Shown here in pieces: positions 25,338-33,674 of a DNA stretch of 64,000 nt (position 1 is its first letter; each line of letters begins with the position of its first letter). Origin of the DNA: Acidimicrobiia bacterium. Lineage in GTDB: Bacteria > Actinomycetota > Acidimicrobiia > Spongiisociales > ZC4RG35. The stretch is from positions 3,008 to 67,007 of the forward strand of contig JACCTH010000043.1 in assembly GCA_013812505.1 (NCBI GenBank), read 5' to 3'. The notes under the pieces are model-generated. The model had not been told where the DNA came from, ran no database searches, and saw nothing but the letters and a program-made list of their open reading frames with translations. Made by a program: the position numbers and the translations under genes.

Positions 25338-26654
25338 TCAATTGCGAATCGACACCAACTGTTGGTGGGTTGGTTCCGAACAACAAAACCACGACTCCGT
25401 CAGGCGTAAACGCTGGCGAGCTGGCACCGGTGGGAATGGCCTCGTCATCACGTTCTCCCAGATCGTTTGCGTAGTTGCGAGTGGCGGCTGACCGATCCCT
25501 GCCTCGGCCAGCGCCGCGACTCGCTCTTGCATCTGCTCAACTTCTGGGTAGGGCGAGACCCACTCATAGGAGAGGCGCGAAGCGTCGTACTCCCCCATCT
25601 CGGGACGGTCGGCGAGCAGCGAGCCATACGGCACCAGCAGTCGGATTGAGAGCTGCACGGGGTCGACGGAATCGAGCAAGTCTTGTTCGGCGAGGAACGT
25701 GAGCATCCGGGCAAAATCTTCTGGCTCGGTCCACGGAGTGAACGGAAGCCAGGAAGGGCGCAACTCGATCCTCGCCCGTTTCAGTATCTCAACCGCCTCC
25801 GCCATATCGGCGGCCGTGTGGCCCTTGTCGAGGATGGCGAGGATCCGATCGTTGGTCGTCTCAAACGCCGATACCACCATCACCACTCCGACCGAGGCCA
25901 TCTCTGGCCAGAGACCGCGGTGATCGAGGATGTGGGAGACCTTCACGGTGACGTCAAAGGTAAGGTCAGGATGCCTGAGGTGCGACGCTTTCAGAACGTC
26001 GAGCGAATAGCGGGGAGCGTTGAGAAAGTCCGAGTCGCCAAAGGTGACGTGCTCGGCGCCTGCCTCGACGAGCTGATCGATATCGACCCGGACCGTTTGC
26101 ATCCCGGTGATCCGGTAGCGGCCGTCGTAGACCGCTGGAATTGGACAGTGTCGACAACGGTGACGGCAGCCGTGGCTGGCTTCGACGTAACCGACCCGAC
26201 GCTCACGCCCTCGGCCGACTAGTCGGGCGTAGGTGGACAGCGGAGCGAGGTCGGTCCGATCCGGGACCAGGAACTTCTGCTGAGAAACGTCGGCTCGAAC
26301 TCGCGGGGACAACGCGCCCGCCCACTCGATCAACGCCGGCTCGTACTCCCCCACCAGTTGCGATATCCCCAGCTCGCCACCTCCCATCCCGGCATAGAGC
26401 CCGTAGAAGGCGATGGGCACCACCGGATGGGTGGCACGGATACCTGCCGCCGACTCGATGGCGAGTCGCAACGCCGTGTGCATCGGCACGGAATAGGCGA
26501 TGGCTTCGGGCCAGTTGGCGTCGATCGCCTCACCGTCGACGCTCAAATCGACCACCCAGACGTCATGTCCATGCTGGCGGAGCCGGGCCGCCGGGGAGGC
26601 CAGATGGAGCGGTTGGTGCCCGAGTTCGTACGTTGACACCAAAAGGATTCGCAC
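25338..26654 (-). CDS. B12-binding-like / radical SAM protein with C-terminal CC-x-EP tail
   Basis: 438 aa. CRHRCRHC is a CX3CX2C cluster motif. The Rossmann-like N-terminus RILLVSTYELGH resembles a B12-binding-like domain. The C-terminal tail is WFCCSEPTHQQLVSIRN. Confidence 0.82.
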   Translation of the reverse strand: MRILLVSTYELGHQPLHLASPAARLRQHGHDVWVVDLSVDGEAIDANWPEAIAYSVPMHTALRLAIESAAGIRATHPVVPIAFYGLYAGMGGGELGISQLVGEYEPALIEWAGALSPRVRADVSQQKFLVPDRTDLAPLSTYARLVGRGRERRVGYVEASHGCRHRCRHCPIPAVYDGRYRITGMQTVRVDIDQLVEAGAEHVTFGDSDFLNAPRYSLDVLKASHLRHPDLTFDVTVKVSHILDHRGLWPEMASVGVVMVVSAFETTNDRILAILDKGHTAADMAEAVEILKRARIELRPSWLPFTPWTEPEDFARMLTFLAEQDLLDSVDPVQLSIRLLVPYGSLLADRPEMGEYDASRLSYEWVSPYPEVEQMQERVAALAEAGIGQPPLATTQTIWENVMTRPFPPVPARQRLRLTESWFCCSEPTHQQLVSIRN

Positions 26655-26677
26655 CCGGCCAGGCTACTGTCGAGCAG

Positions 26678-27577
26678 GTGCATGGCACTTTTGTGCATAT
26701 CCCCTCAGGGGTCGTCTTTGCCCGCGATCTCGGCGGCGAGGGCTCGCCCATTGTTTGCGTTCATGGGCTCGGCGGGTCGCATCTCAATTGGGTTCCGCCG
26801 GCGCCCCCTCTCGCCGCCCTTGGATCAGTTTCAGCGTTCGATCTGCCCGGTTTCGGCTACAGCCCCCCTTCACGTTCGTACTCCATGCAGCGGCATGCCC
26901 GGGTGACCATTGAGTATTTGGAGCACCTTGATGAGCCCGCCTTGCTCATCGGTAACTCGATGGGTGGGCTCGTCTCGATCCTCGTCGCCGCGCAACGGCC
27001 CGACCTGTTGACAGGCCTTGTGTTGCTGGCGCCCGCGGTCGCGCCGCGTTGGGGAGACCCCCGCATCGACCCGGTCGTGTCACGTCGGCTGCTGCTCCAA
27101 GGAATCCCCGGAGTGGGCATCCCGATGATCGAGAAATACTGGCGCTCGACCACCGCTCGCCAGCAGATCGCCGACACCCTCGCAGTCGTCTGCCATCACC
27201 CCGAACGCATTCCCGCCGAACTGCTCACTGAGAGCTTGGAGATGACCGAGATTCGCCGCCGCCAGCCATGGGCAATCGAGGCAATCGTGCGCTCGGGTCG
27301 ATCGACCGGCTTCACCGTCGCTCGCCGGCAGGAGTTCAGGCAGGTCGTAGAACGAGTCACAACTCCCACGTTGCTCATCCAGGGTGAGTTCGACCGCGTA
27401 ATCCCCGGTTCGGGAGTGGAACGGTTGGCTGAGTTGCGTCCCGACTGGACCCACGTTCTCATGAAAGATGTGGGCCACTGCCCCCAACTCGAAGCTCCTA
27501 CGGAGTTCACCCGTTTTGTCGCCGAATGGCGGTCGACCGCGGGCATTGCCGCAAATGCACCGGGGAAGCAACGATAA
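26678..27577 (+). CDS. Alpha/beta-fold hydrolase
   Basis: IVCVHGLGGSHLNW, nucleophile elbow GNSMGG, and late HVLMKDVGHCPQLE. GTG 26678 chosen because the longer ORF is antisense to the radical SAM gene. Confidence 0.8.
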   Translation: MHGTFVHIPSGVVFARDLGGEGSPIVCVHGLGGSHLNWVPPAPPLAALGSVSAFDLPGFGYSPPSRSYSMQRHARVTIEYLEHLDEPALLIGNSMGGLVSILVAAQRPDLLTGLVLLAPAVAPRWGDPRIDPVVSRRLLLQGIPGVGIPMIEKYWRSTTARQQIADTLAVVCHHPERIPAELLTESLEMTEIRRRQPWAIEAIVRSGRSTGFTVARRQEFRQVVERVTTPTLLIQGEFDRVIPGSGVERLAELRPDWTHVLMKDVGHCPQLEAPTEFTRFVAEWRSTAGIAANAPGKQR

Positions 27578-27601
27578 GCACAGCATTAGGCTCGACGCTG
27601 C

Positions 27602-30334
27602 ATGACGGTCAACGATCCGGGCGAGGTCGCCCGCACCCTGCCGGACGACTTTCTCCATCAGCTTTACGATCCCGACCCCGAAGAGACCAAGGAGTGGCTC
27701 GAGTCGCTTGACGCGGTCAACAGTGCTCATGGTCCCGGCCGGGCGCGCTTTCTCTTGTCAAAGCTGATCGAACGCGCCCATTCGGTCAACATCGGGCTTC
27801 CCCCGGTCATCACCACCCCTTACATCAACTCGATCCCCGCCGAGGAAGAACCCGAGTATCCCGGCGACGCCGACCTCGAACGACGGATCAGGCGGTTCAT
27901 CCGTTGGAACGCAGCGGTGATGGTGATCAAGGCCAACCACCGTGAGAAAGGGATCGGCGGGCATCTCTCGACCTTTGCCTCCTCGGCCACGCTCTACGAG
28001 GTGGGTTTCAACCATTTCTTCCGGGGCAAGGCGGGAGAAAACCCCGGCGACCACGTCTACTTCCAAGGCCACGCCGCCACCGGCGTCTACGCCCGCGCTT
28101 TTCTCGAAGGTCGCATCGAAGAGAAGCACCTCGATAACTTCCGTTTCGAGATCAACGGTGATGGCCTCTCGTCCTACCCCCACCCGCGCCTCATGCCTGA
28201 GTTCTGGGAGTACCCGACGGTGTCGATGGGCCTCGGTCCGATCAACTCGATCTATCACGCCCGCTTCAATCGTTATCTCCACAACCGCGGTCTTGACGAC
28301 ACCTCCGAGTCAAACGTTTGGTGCTTCCTCGGTGACGGAGAATGCGACGAGCCGGAAACGCTCGGCTCGATCTCGCTCGCCAGTCGGGAAAAGCTCGACA
28401 ATCTGATTTGGGTCATCAACTGCAACTTGCAGCGCCTCGATGGACCTGTGCGCGGCAACGGGAAGATCATCCAGGAACTCGAATCGGTCTTTCGCGGCGC
28501 CGGTTGGAATGTCATCAAGGTTGTGTGGGGCAGCGGCTGGGATCCATTGCTTGAGGCGGACCATGAGGGCGCACTCGTCCAGGTGATGAACGACACCGTC
28601 GACGGCGAGTACCAACGATATAAAGTGGAGAACGGCGCGTTCGTCCGCGAGCAGTTCTTCGGCAAGGACCCGCGGGCACTGGCGTTGGTTGAGGATATGA
28701 CCGACGACGAGGTCTGGGCACTTAGGCGCGGTGGCCTCGACTACAAGAAGGTCTACTCGGCATACAAGCTGGCGACCGAGCTCACCGGCGCGCCGACGGT
28801 GATCCTCGCCAAGACCATCAAAGGGTGGACCCTCGGTCCAGATGTCGAAGGCCGCAACGCCACCCATCAGATCAAAGAGCTGACCAACGCCCAGCTCCGC
28901 GAATTGCGGGAGCGGCTGTCGCTGCAGAACGATGTTTCGGAAGAGTCGCTCGCCGGCGACAAAGAGCCCTCCTACCTCCGCTTCGCCGAAGGCTCGCCAG
29001 AGCTCGAATACCTGCTCCAGCGCCGCAAGGTCCTCCATGGATATCTCCCCAGCCGTGAAATCGAAACGAGGACTCCGCTGCCGCTCCCCCCGCCAGAATC
29101 GTTCGCCGAGATCTACTCCGGTTCGGGAAAGGTCGAAGCCTCCACCACCACCGCGTTCACCCGCCTGATCCGCAACCTTGCCCGCACCGAGGGCTTCGGG
29201 CCGCGGTTGGTGCCGATCGTCCCCGACGAGGCTCGCACCTTCGGGATGGACTCGCTGTTCCGAGAGCTCAAGATCTACGCCAGCCAGGGGCAGCTCTATG
29301 AACCGGTCGACGCCAAGCTGCTCTTGTCCTACGCCGAATCCCAAGGCGGGCAGATTCTCGAGGAAGGGATCACCGAAGCCGGCTCAATCGCCTCGTGGAT
29401 TGCGGCCGGCACCTCATATGCGGTGAGGGGCGTGCCGATGGTGCCCTTCTTCATCTTCTATTCGATGTTCGGGTTCCAACGGATCGGGGACCTCGCCTGG
29501 CTGGCTGGCGATGCTCGTGCGAAAGGTTTCCTGCTCGGGGCGACTGCTGGGCGGACCACACTCGCCGGCGAAGGCCTCCAACACCAGGACGGGCACAGCC
29601 TGATCCTCTCGGCCACCAACCCGGCCTGCGTGAGCTATGACCCCGCCTTCGCATACGAGGTCGGCACGATCATCGAGCACGGCATCCACCGAATGTACGG
29701 GGAGAATCCCGAAGACGTTTTCTTCTATCTCACCCTCTACAACGAGAACTATTCGCAGCCGCCGCGCCCGGAAGGGGTATCCGAGGGGATCGTCGATGGG
29801 CTCTACCGATTCAGTGCTGCCCCCGCCGGGATGGATCATCGGGCCACGATTCTCTTCTCCGGCACCGGCAACCTGGCCGCCCGCCGGGCGCAGGTCGAGC
29901 TCGCCGATCACTACGGAGTCGGCGCCGAACTGTGGTCGGTCACTTCCTATCAACAACTGCGGGACGAGGCCAACAGCGCCGAGCGTTGGAATCGGCTTCA
30001 TCCATCCGAGCAACCGCGGGTTCCCTTCGTCACATCGATCCTGGAAACCACCGAGGGTCCGATAGTGGCGGTGACCGACTTCATGAAACTGGTACCCGAC
30101 CAAGTCGGCCGGTTCGTCCCGCGCCGCTTTGTGATTCTCGGCACCGACGGCTTTGGTCGCTCCGACGGCCGGGCTGCCCTTCGCCACCATTTCGAGACCG
30201 ACCTCGGCCATGTGGTGCTCGCGGTGCTGTCGGCGCTAACCATGGACGGGCAGATTGACCAATCGGCGGTCAAGGACGCCATCGACCGCTACGGCATCGA
30301 CCCCGACGCCACCGATCCGCGCTTGTTGACCTAG
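27602..30334 (+). CDS. aceE: Pyruvate dehydrogenase E1 component, homodimeric type
   Basis: 910 aa. The N-terminus DPDPEETKEWLESLD, the GGHLSTFASSATLYEVGFNHFFRG motif and the overall length are typical of AceE. Confidence 0.93.
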   Translation: MTVNDPGEVARTLPDDFLHQLYDPDPEETKEWLESLDAVNSAHGPGRARFLLSKLIERAHSVNIGLPPVITTPYINSIPAEEEPEYPGDADLERRIRRFIRWNAAVMVIKANHREKGIGGHLSTFASSATLYEVGFNHFFRGKAGENPGDHVYFQGHAATGVYARAFLEGRIEEKHLDNFRFEINGDGLSSYPHPRLMPEFWEYPTVSMGLGPINSIYHARFNRYLHNRGLDDTSESNVWCFLGDGECDEPETLGSISLASREKLDNLIWVINCNLQRLDGPVRGNGKIIQELESVFRGAGWNVIKVVWGSGWDPLLEADHEGALVQVMNDTVDGEYQRYKVENGAFVREQFFGKDPRALALVEDMTDDEVWALRRGGLDYKKVYSAYKLATELTGAPTVILAKTIKGWTLGPDVEGRNATHQIKELTNAQLRELRERLSLQNDVSEESLAGDKEPSYLRFAEGSPELEYLLQRRKVLHGYLPSREIETRTPLPLPPPESFAEIYSGSGKVEASTTTAFTRLIRNLARTEGFGPRLVPIVPDEARTFGMDSLFRELKIYASQGQLYEPVDAKLLLSYAESQGGQILEEGITEAGSIASWIAAGTSYAVRGVPMVPFFIFYSMFGFQRIGDLAWLAGDARAKGFLLGATAGRTTLAGEGLQHQDGHSLILSATNPACVSYDPAFAYEVGTIIEHGIHRMYGENPEDVFFYLTLYNENYSQPPRPEGVSEGIVDGLYRFSAAPAGMDHRATILFSGTGNLAARRAQVELADHYGVGAELWSVTSYQQLRDEANSAERWNRLHPSEQPRVPFVTSILETTEGPIVAVTDFMKLVPDQVGRFVPRRFVILGTDGFGRSDGRAALRHHFETDLGHVVLAVLSALTMDGQIDQSAVKDAIDRYGIDPDATDPRLLT

Positions 30335-30357
30335 TTTCTCCCCCCGAAGGGGAGAGA
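30335..30357 (+). terminator. Hairpin directly after the aceE stop; member of the poly-C/poly-G hairpin family
   Basis: tttctcccc-CCGAA-ggggagaga: 9 bp including one G-U. Starts 1 nt after TAG. No U-tract. Confidence 0.45.
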
Positions 30358-30398
30358 ACTCGATCGCTCTCCGTCGCGGGCACGCCCGCGTACCGATC

Positions 30399-30680
30399 CG
30401 AAATTTGGAACTACATCCGTGCCGCTGGCGTAATTTGTGACTACATCCGCGTTTTTCCGCTGATCTAGTACCGAATTTGCTGCGGACGACCGATGTGCTG
30501 CCAAATTTCGAACTGTTGCTGCGTGGGTTGCGATCAGCTGAGAGGAACCTCTACACCCGCCTCGATAATTCGGCAGGTAAGGAACGCCTAAACGTTCTTT
30601 GGCGCGAGCGAACCGGCTTCCGACGCGCTGGTGCCGAATTTGCTGAAAAGAGCTCCTCACCTGCCGAATTTTGCCGCGAG
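30399..30680. repeat. Array of degenerate AAATT-box repeats in a 440-bp non-coding gap
   Basis: aatttgGAactacatccg (30402-30419) and aatttgTGactacatccg (30432-30449): 16/18 identity, 30-nt period. Identical 12-mers ccgaatttgctg at 30471-30482 and 30634-30645. ccgaattttgc at 30664-30674 and ccaaatttcg at 30501-30510. Confidence 0.6.
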
Positions 30681-30774
30681 TTGGTCGGAGCACTCACCTG
30701 CTTCTCGCTTCCCCCCAGATCCAAGTAAATCGACGCTTTCCCGGGCGAGAAACAGAAACCTATCGTGCGGGGCT

Positions 30775-32415
30775 GTGGAGAGACTGCCGGTCATCCTCGT
30801 CGTCGACGACGATCCATTGGTGGTGGCCGCGGTAGTGCGCGATCTCGAAGCGAGATACCAGGCGGACTACCAGATCATCGGCGCCGGGTCGGGGGCGGAG
30901 GGACTGGCCACCCTCAACGAACTCTCGGCGCGCGGCTCCCCCACCGCCCTTCTCATCGCTGACCAGCGAATGCCGGAGATGACCGGCGTCCAATTCCTCG
31001 AAGCAGCCCGCCGGTTAGATGAATCTGCCCGGCGGGTGTTGTTGACCGCCTACGCCGACACCGAAGCTGCAATTGCCGCCGTCAACCTCGCCGGGGCGAG
31101 CCACTACCTCCTCAAACCGTGGGAGCCACCGGAAGTTCGGCTCTATCCGGCTTTGGACGACGACCTCAGCACTTGGCGCGCCGGCTACCGGCCCGGATTC
31201 TCAGGGATTCGCGTCCTGGGCGATCGCTTTGCCGCTTCTACACATGAGATAAAGGACTTTCTTGCGCGCAACCAGGTTCCCTATCAAGCGATCGATGCGG
31301 GTGGGTTCGAGGGAAGCGCCTTGCTCGCAGCGATCCGTGTCGAGGCGTCTGATTTGCCTGTCGTGCTCTTCGAAGATCGTGAGCCTCTGATGAGTCCCAG
31401 TTTGGAAGCACTCGCCCACGCGGTCGCCCTCAAGACGCGGCCAGAGCTCGACACTTACGACCTCGTAATCGTCGGCGCCGGCCCGGCGGGACTGGCGGCA
31501 GCGGTCTATGCCGCCTCTGAAGGTCTTGACGTGATCGCGGTGGAACGGCAGGCCGCGGGCGGCCAGGCCGGTGAAAGCTCGCGGATCGAGAATTACCTCG
31601 GTTTTCCGGCCGGGTTGACCGGCGCCGAGCTGACGCGGCGGGCGGTGGCGCAGGCGGCCCGTTTCGAAGCAGAGATGGTGATACCGGTCGAAGCCGTCTC
31701 GATAACTCGCAACGATCCATTTCGGGTCGTGACCTTTGCCGACGGGACTCAGGCCAACGCTCGTTCGGTGATCATTGCGACCGGGGTCAGCTATCGGACC
31801 CTGCCCGCCGACGGTGCTGACAAGTTCGCCGGTCGTGGCATCTTCTACGGTGCCTCCCCGGTGGAAGCATTGGAGCACAAGGGCGAGACCGTCGCCGTCA
31901 TTGGCTCGGGGAACTCGGCCGGACAAGCTGCCATCTACCTCGCCGGCTACGCCGACAAGGTGGTGATTGTAATTCGGGGAGAGTCGCTCGCAGGGTCAAT
32001 GTCGTCCTACCTGATCGATCGCATCGAAGCTTCCAACATCGACGTTGTCACCCGTGCCACCGTGCAAGAAGTCAATGGCGAGCAACGGGTCGAGTCTCTT
32101 GCGCTGGCCGGGCCTGATGGCACGAGGACCTTGCCGATCTCGGCCGCTTTTGTCTTCATCGGTCAGGCGCCTCGCACCGATTGGCTGGCCAGCCAGCTCC
32201 AACGCGACGAGCAGGGCTTCATCCTCACCGGACGTGAATGCCAGCCCGAACCGGGATGGTCGGCCGACCGCAATCCCTTCCTGCTCGAAACCAGCCTGGC
32301 TGGGGTTTTCGCCGCCGGAGACGTCCGCTCTGGTTCGATCAAACGCATCGCCAGCGCCGCGGGCGAGGGAGCGATGGCGGTCAGCCTGGTCCATCAACAC
32401 TTAGCCAAGCTGTGA
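30775..32415 (+). CDS. Fused response-regulator receiver / thioredoxin-reductase-like flavoprotein (no CxxC)
   Basis: Receiver ILVVDDDP...LLIADQRMPEMTG...LLKPW. FAD site DLVIVGAGPAGLAAAVYAASEG, second dinucleotide site VAVIGSGNSAGQAA, GVFAAGDV. GTG 30775 chosen. Only one Cys in 546 aa. Confidence 0.82.
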   Translation: MERLPVILVVDDDPLVVAAVVRDLEARYQADYQIIGAGSGAEGLATLNELSARGSPTALLIADQRMPEMTGVQFLEAARRLDESARRVLLTAYADTEAAIAAVNLAGASHYLLKPWEPPEVRLYPALDDDLSTWRAGYRPGFSGIRVLGDRFAASTHEIKDFLARNQVPYQAIDAGGFEGSALLAAIRVEASDLPVVLFEDREPLMSPSLEALAHAVALKTRPELDTYDLVIVGAGPAGLAAAVYAASEGLDVIAVERQAAGGQAGESSRIENYLGFPAGLTGAELTRRAVAQAARFEAEMVIPVEAVSITRNDPFRVVTFADGTQANARSVIIATGVSYRTLPADGADKFAGRGIFYGASPVEALEHKGETVAVIGSGNSAGQAAIYLAGYADKVVIVIRGESLAGSMSSYLIDRIEASNIDVVTRATVQEVNGEQRVESLALAGPDGTRTLPISAAFVFIGQAPRTDWLASQLQRDEQGFILTGRECQPEPGWSADRNPFLLETSLAGVFAAGDVRSGSIKRIASAAGEGAMAVSLVHQHLAKL

Positions 32416-33674
32416 ACGCAACCGACATTCTCACCCAGGTCCCATACTTCGCGGCTCTGCCCGCACAGGAGATCGAACGGCTGGGAAGCATCTGCAACAT
32501 CGTCGACACCCCCCAAGGGACGGTGGTGATCGAAGAAGGGGCCGCGCCGGGCGATCTGTTCGTAGTCCTGGAGGGGACGTTTCGAGCTGCTCGCAAGGGT
32601 GCGAGCGGCGACCTGGTGTTGGGAACGTCAAGCGTCGGAGAGGTGATCGGGGAGATGTCGCTGCTCGAAGGGCGGCCAACGTCGGCGCAAGTTGTCGCCC
32701 AAACCCCCGGCAAGCTCCTGCGAATCCCGGGCACTGAGATCGAAACCCTCATGGCCTCCCCGGAGGTATCAATGCGAATGCTCCGCACTGTGACCACCCG
32801 ACTGCGAGAGCGCGAAACCGCCCTTGTGCAAGCGGAGAAGTTGGCTGCTTTGGGAACCATGACCGCCGGACTTCTGCACGAGGTCAACAATCCGGCGGCG
32901 GCGCTGATCAATGCCGGATCCCGCCTTGAGGAGGCAGTCGGTCGACTGGTCCCGTCTGCTGGCGCGGTCACCCTAAGCCCGCTCCAGCGATCCGATCGAG
33001 TTCGCGCTCTCGCCAGGCTGCTCGCCTCCTCGGGAGTCGACTCCAAACTCGCCGGCTCGCTCGTTGCCCAGGGGTGGGACGAGGAGAAGCTCGGGGCGAC
33101 TCCGGAGGCCGAGCGTCAAAAGGTCGCGGAGCTCGCCCAGATCCGCCAGCTGACGAGCGAAATGGTGCTGGCGGCAACGCGCCTATCAGATCTCGTGGGG
33201 ACCGTGAAGCGGTGGACTTTCCACGACCAGGGCGAGCGCAATGATGTTGACTTGGTCACAGTCGTCCTGGACAGTCTCACCTTGCTTCGCCACAAGTCGA
33301 GCTCGTTGCGGGTCTCCACGAAACTTCCAGATACTTTGACGGTCGAAGCGCAGGGCGGCGAGCTGAGCCAGGTGGTGACCAACCTCATCGACAATGCGAT
33401 CGACGCTGCGTCGCAGGAGATCGCCATCGAGCTCGTCGAAAACTCCGGGGAAGCGACCCTGGTCGTCGAAGACGACGGCCCTGGCATTCCGTCCGAAAAA
33501 GCAAACAAGATTTGGGAGCCATTCTTCACCACCAAAGCACCCGGAAAGGGAAGCGGTCTCGGGTTGGCAATCAGCCAAAGGATCGTGAACGATCACGGCG
33601 GGTCGCTCACCCTCGACTCCCAACCGGGCCGAACTCGCTTCGTCCTGCGGCTCCGCAAGAAGCTCGCCCCGTGA
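32412..33674 (+). CDS. Cyclic-nucleotide-binding domain histidine kinase
   Basis: cNMP domain ([12 protein letters not shown]...[21 protein letters not shown]). H-box LLHEVNNP. HATPase [28 protein letters not shown] overlap with the upstream stop. Confidence 0.82.
   Translation: MNATDILTQVPYFAALPAQEIERLGSICNIVDTPQGTVVIEEGAAPGDLFVVLEGTFRAARKGASGDLVLGTSSVGEVIGEMSLLEGRPTSAQVVAQTPGKLLRIPGTEIETLMASPEVSMRMLRTVTTRLRERETALVQAEKLAALGTMTAGLLHEVNNPAAALINAGSRLEEAVGRLVPSAGAVTLSPLQRSDRVRALARLLASSGVDSKLAGSLVAQGWDEEKLGATPEAERQKVAELAQIRQLTSEMVLAATRLSDLVGTVKRWTFHDQGERNDVDLVTVVLDSLTLLRHKSSSLRVSTKLPDTLTVEAQGGELSQVVTNLIDNAIDAASQEIAIELVENSGEATLVVEDDGPGIPSEKANKIWEPFFTTKAPGKGSGLGLAISQRIVNDHGGSLTLDSQPGRTRFVLRLRKKLAP

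Noticed and set aside
26141-26677. N-terminal 179 codons of the 478-aa ORF (26141-27577)
   Set aside because: Antisense to the radical SAM gene and R/P/A-rich. The hydrolase fold starts after GTG 26678.
30436-30451. tgtgactacatccgcg as a CRP/GlxR-type site (TGTGA-N6-TCACA) upstream of the cNMP operon
   Set aside because: Only the left half-site matches, and the right half (CCGCG) does not.
30631-30774. Upstream extension of the receiver-TrxR ORF, and the 83-aa (30477-30728) and 120-aa (30331-30693, minus) ORFs
   Set aside because: They lie in the AT-box repeat region, have no protein-like composition or motifs, and the receiver domain starts right at GTG 30775.
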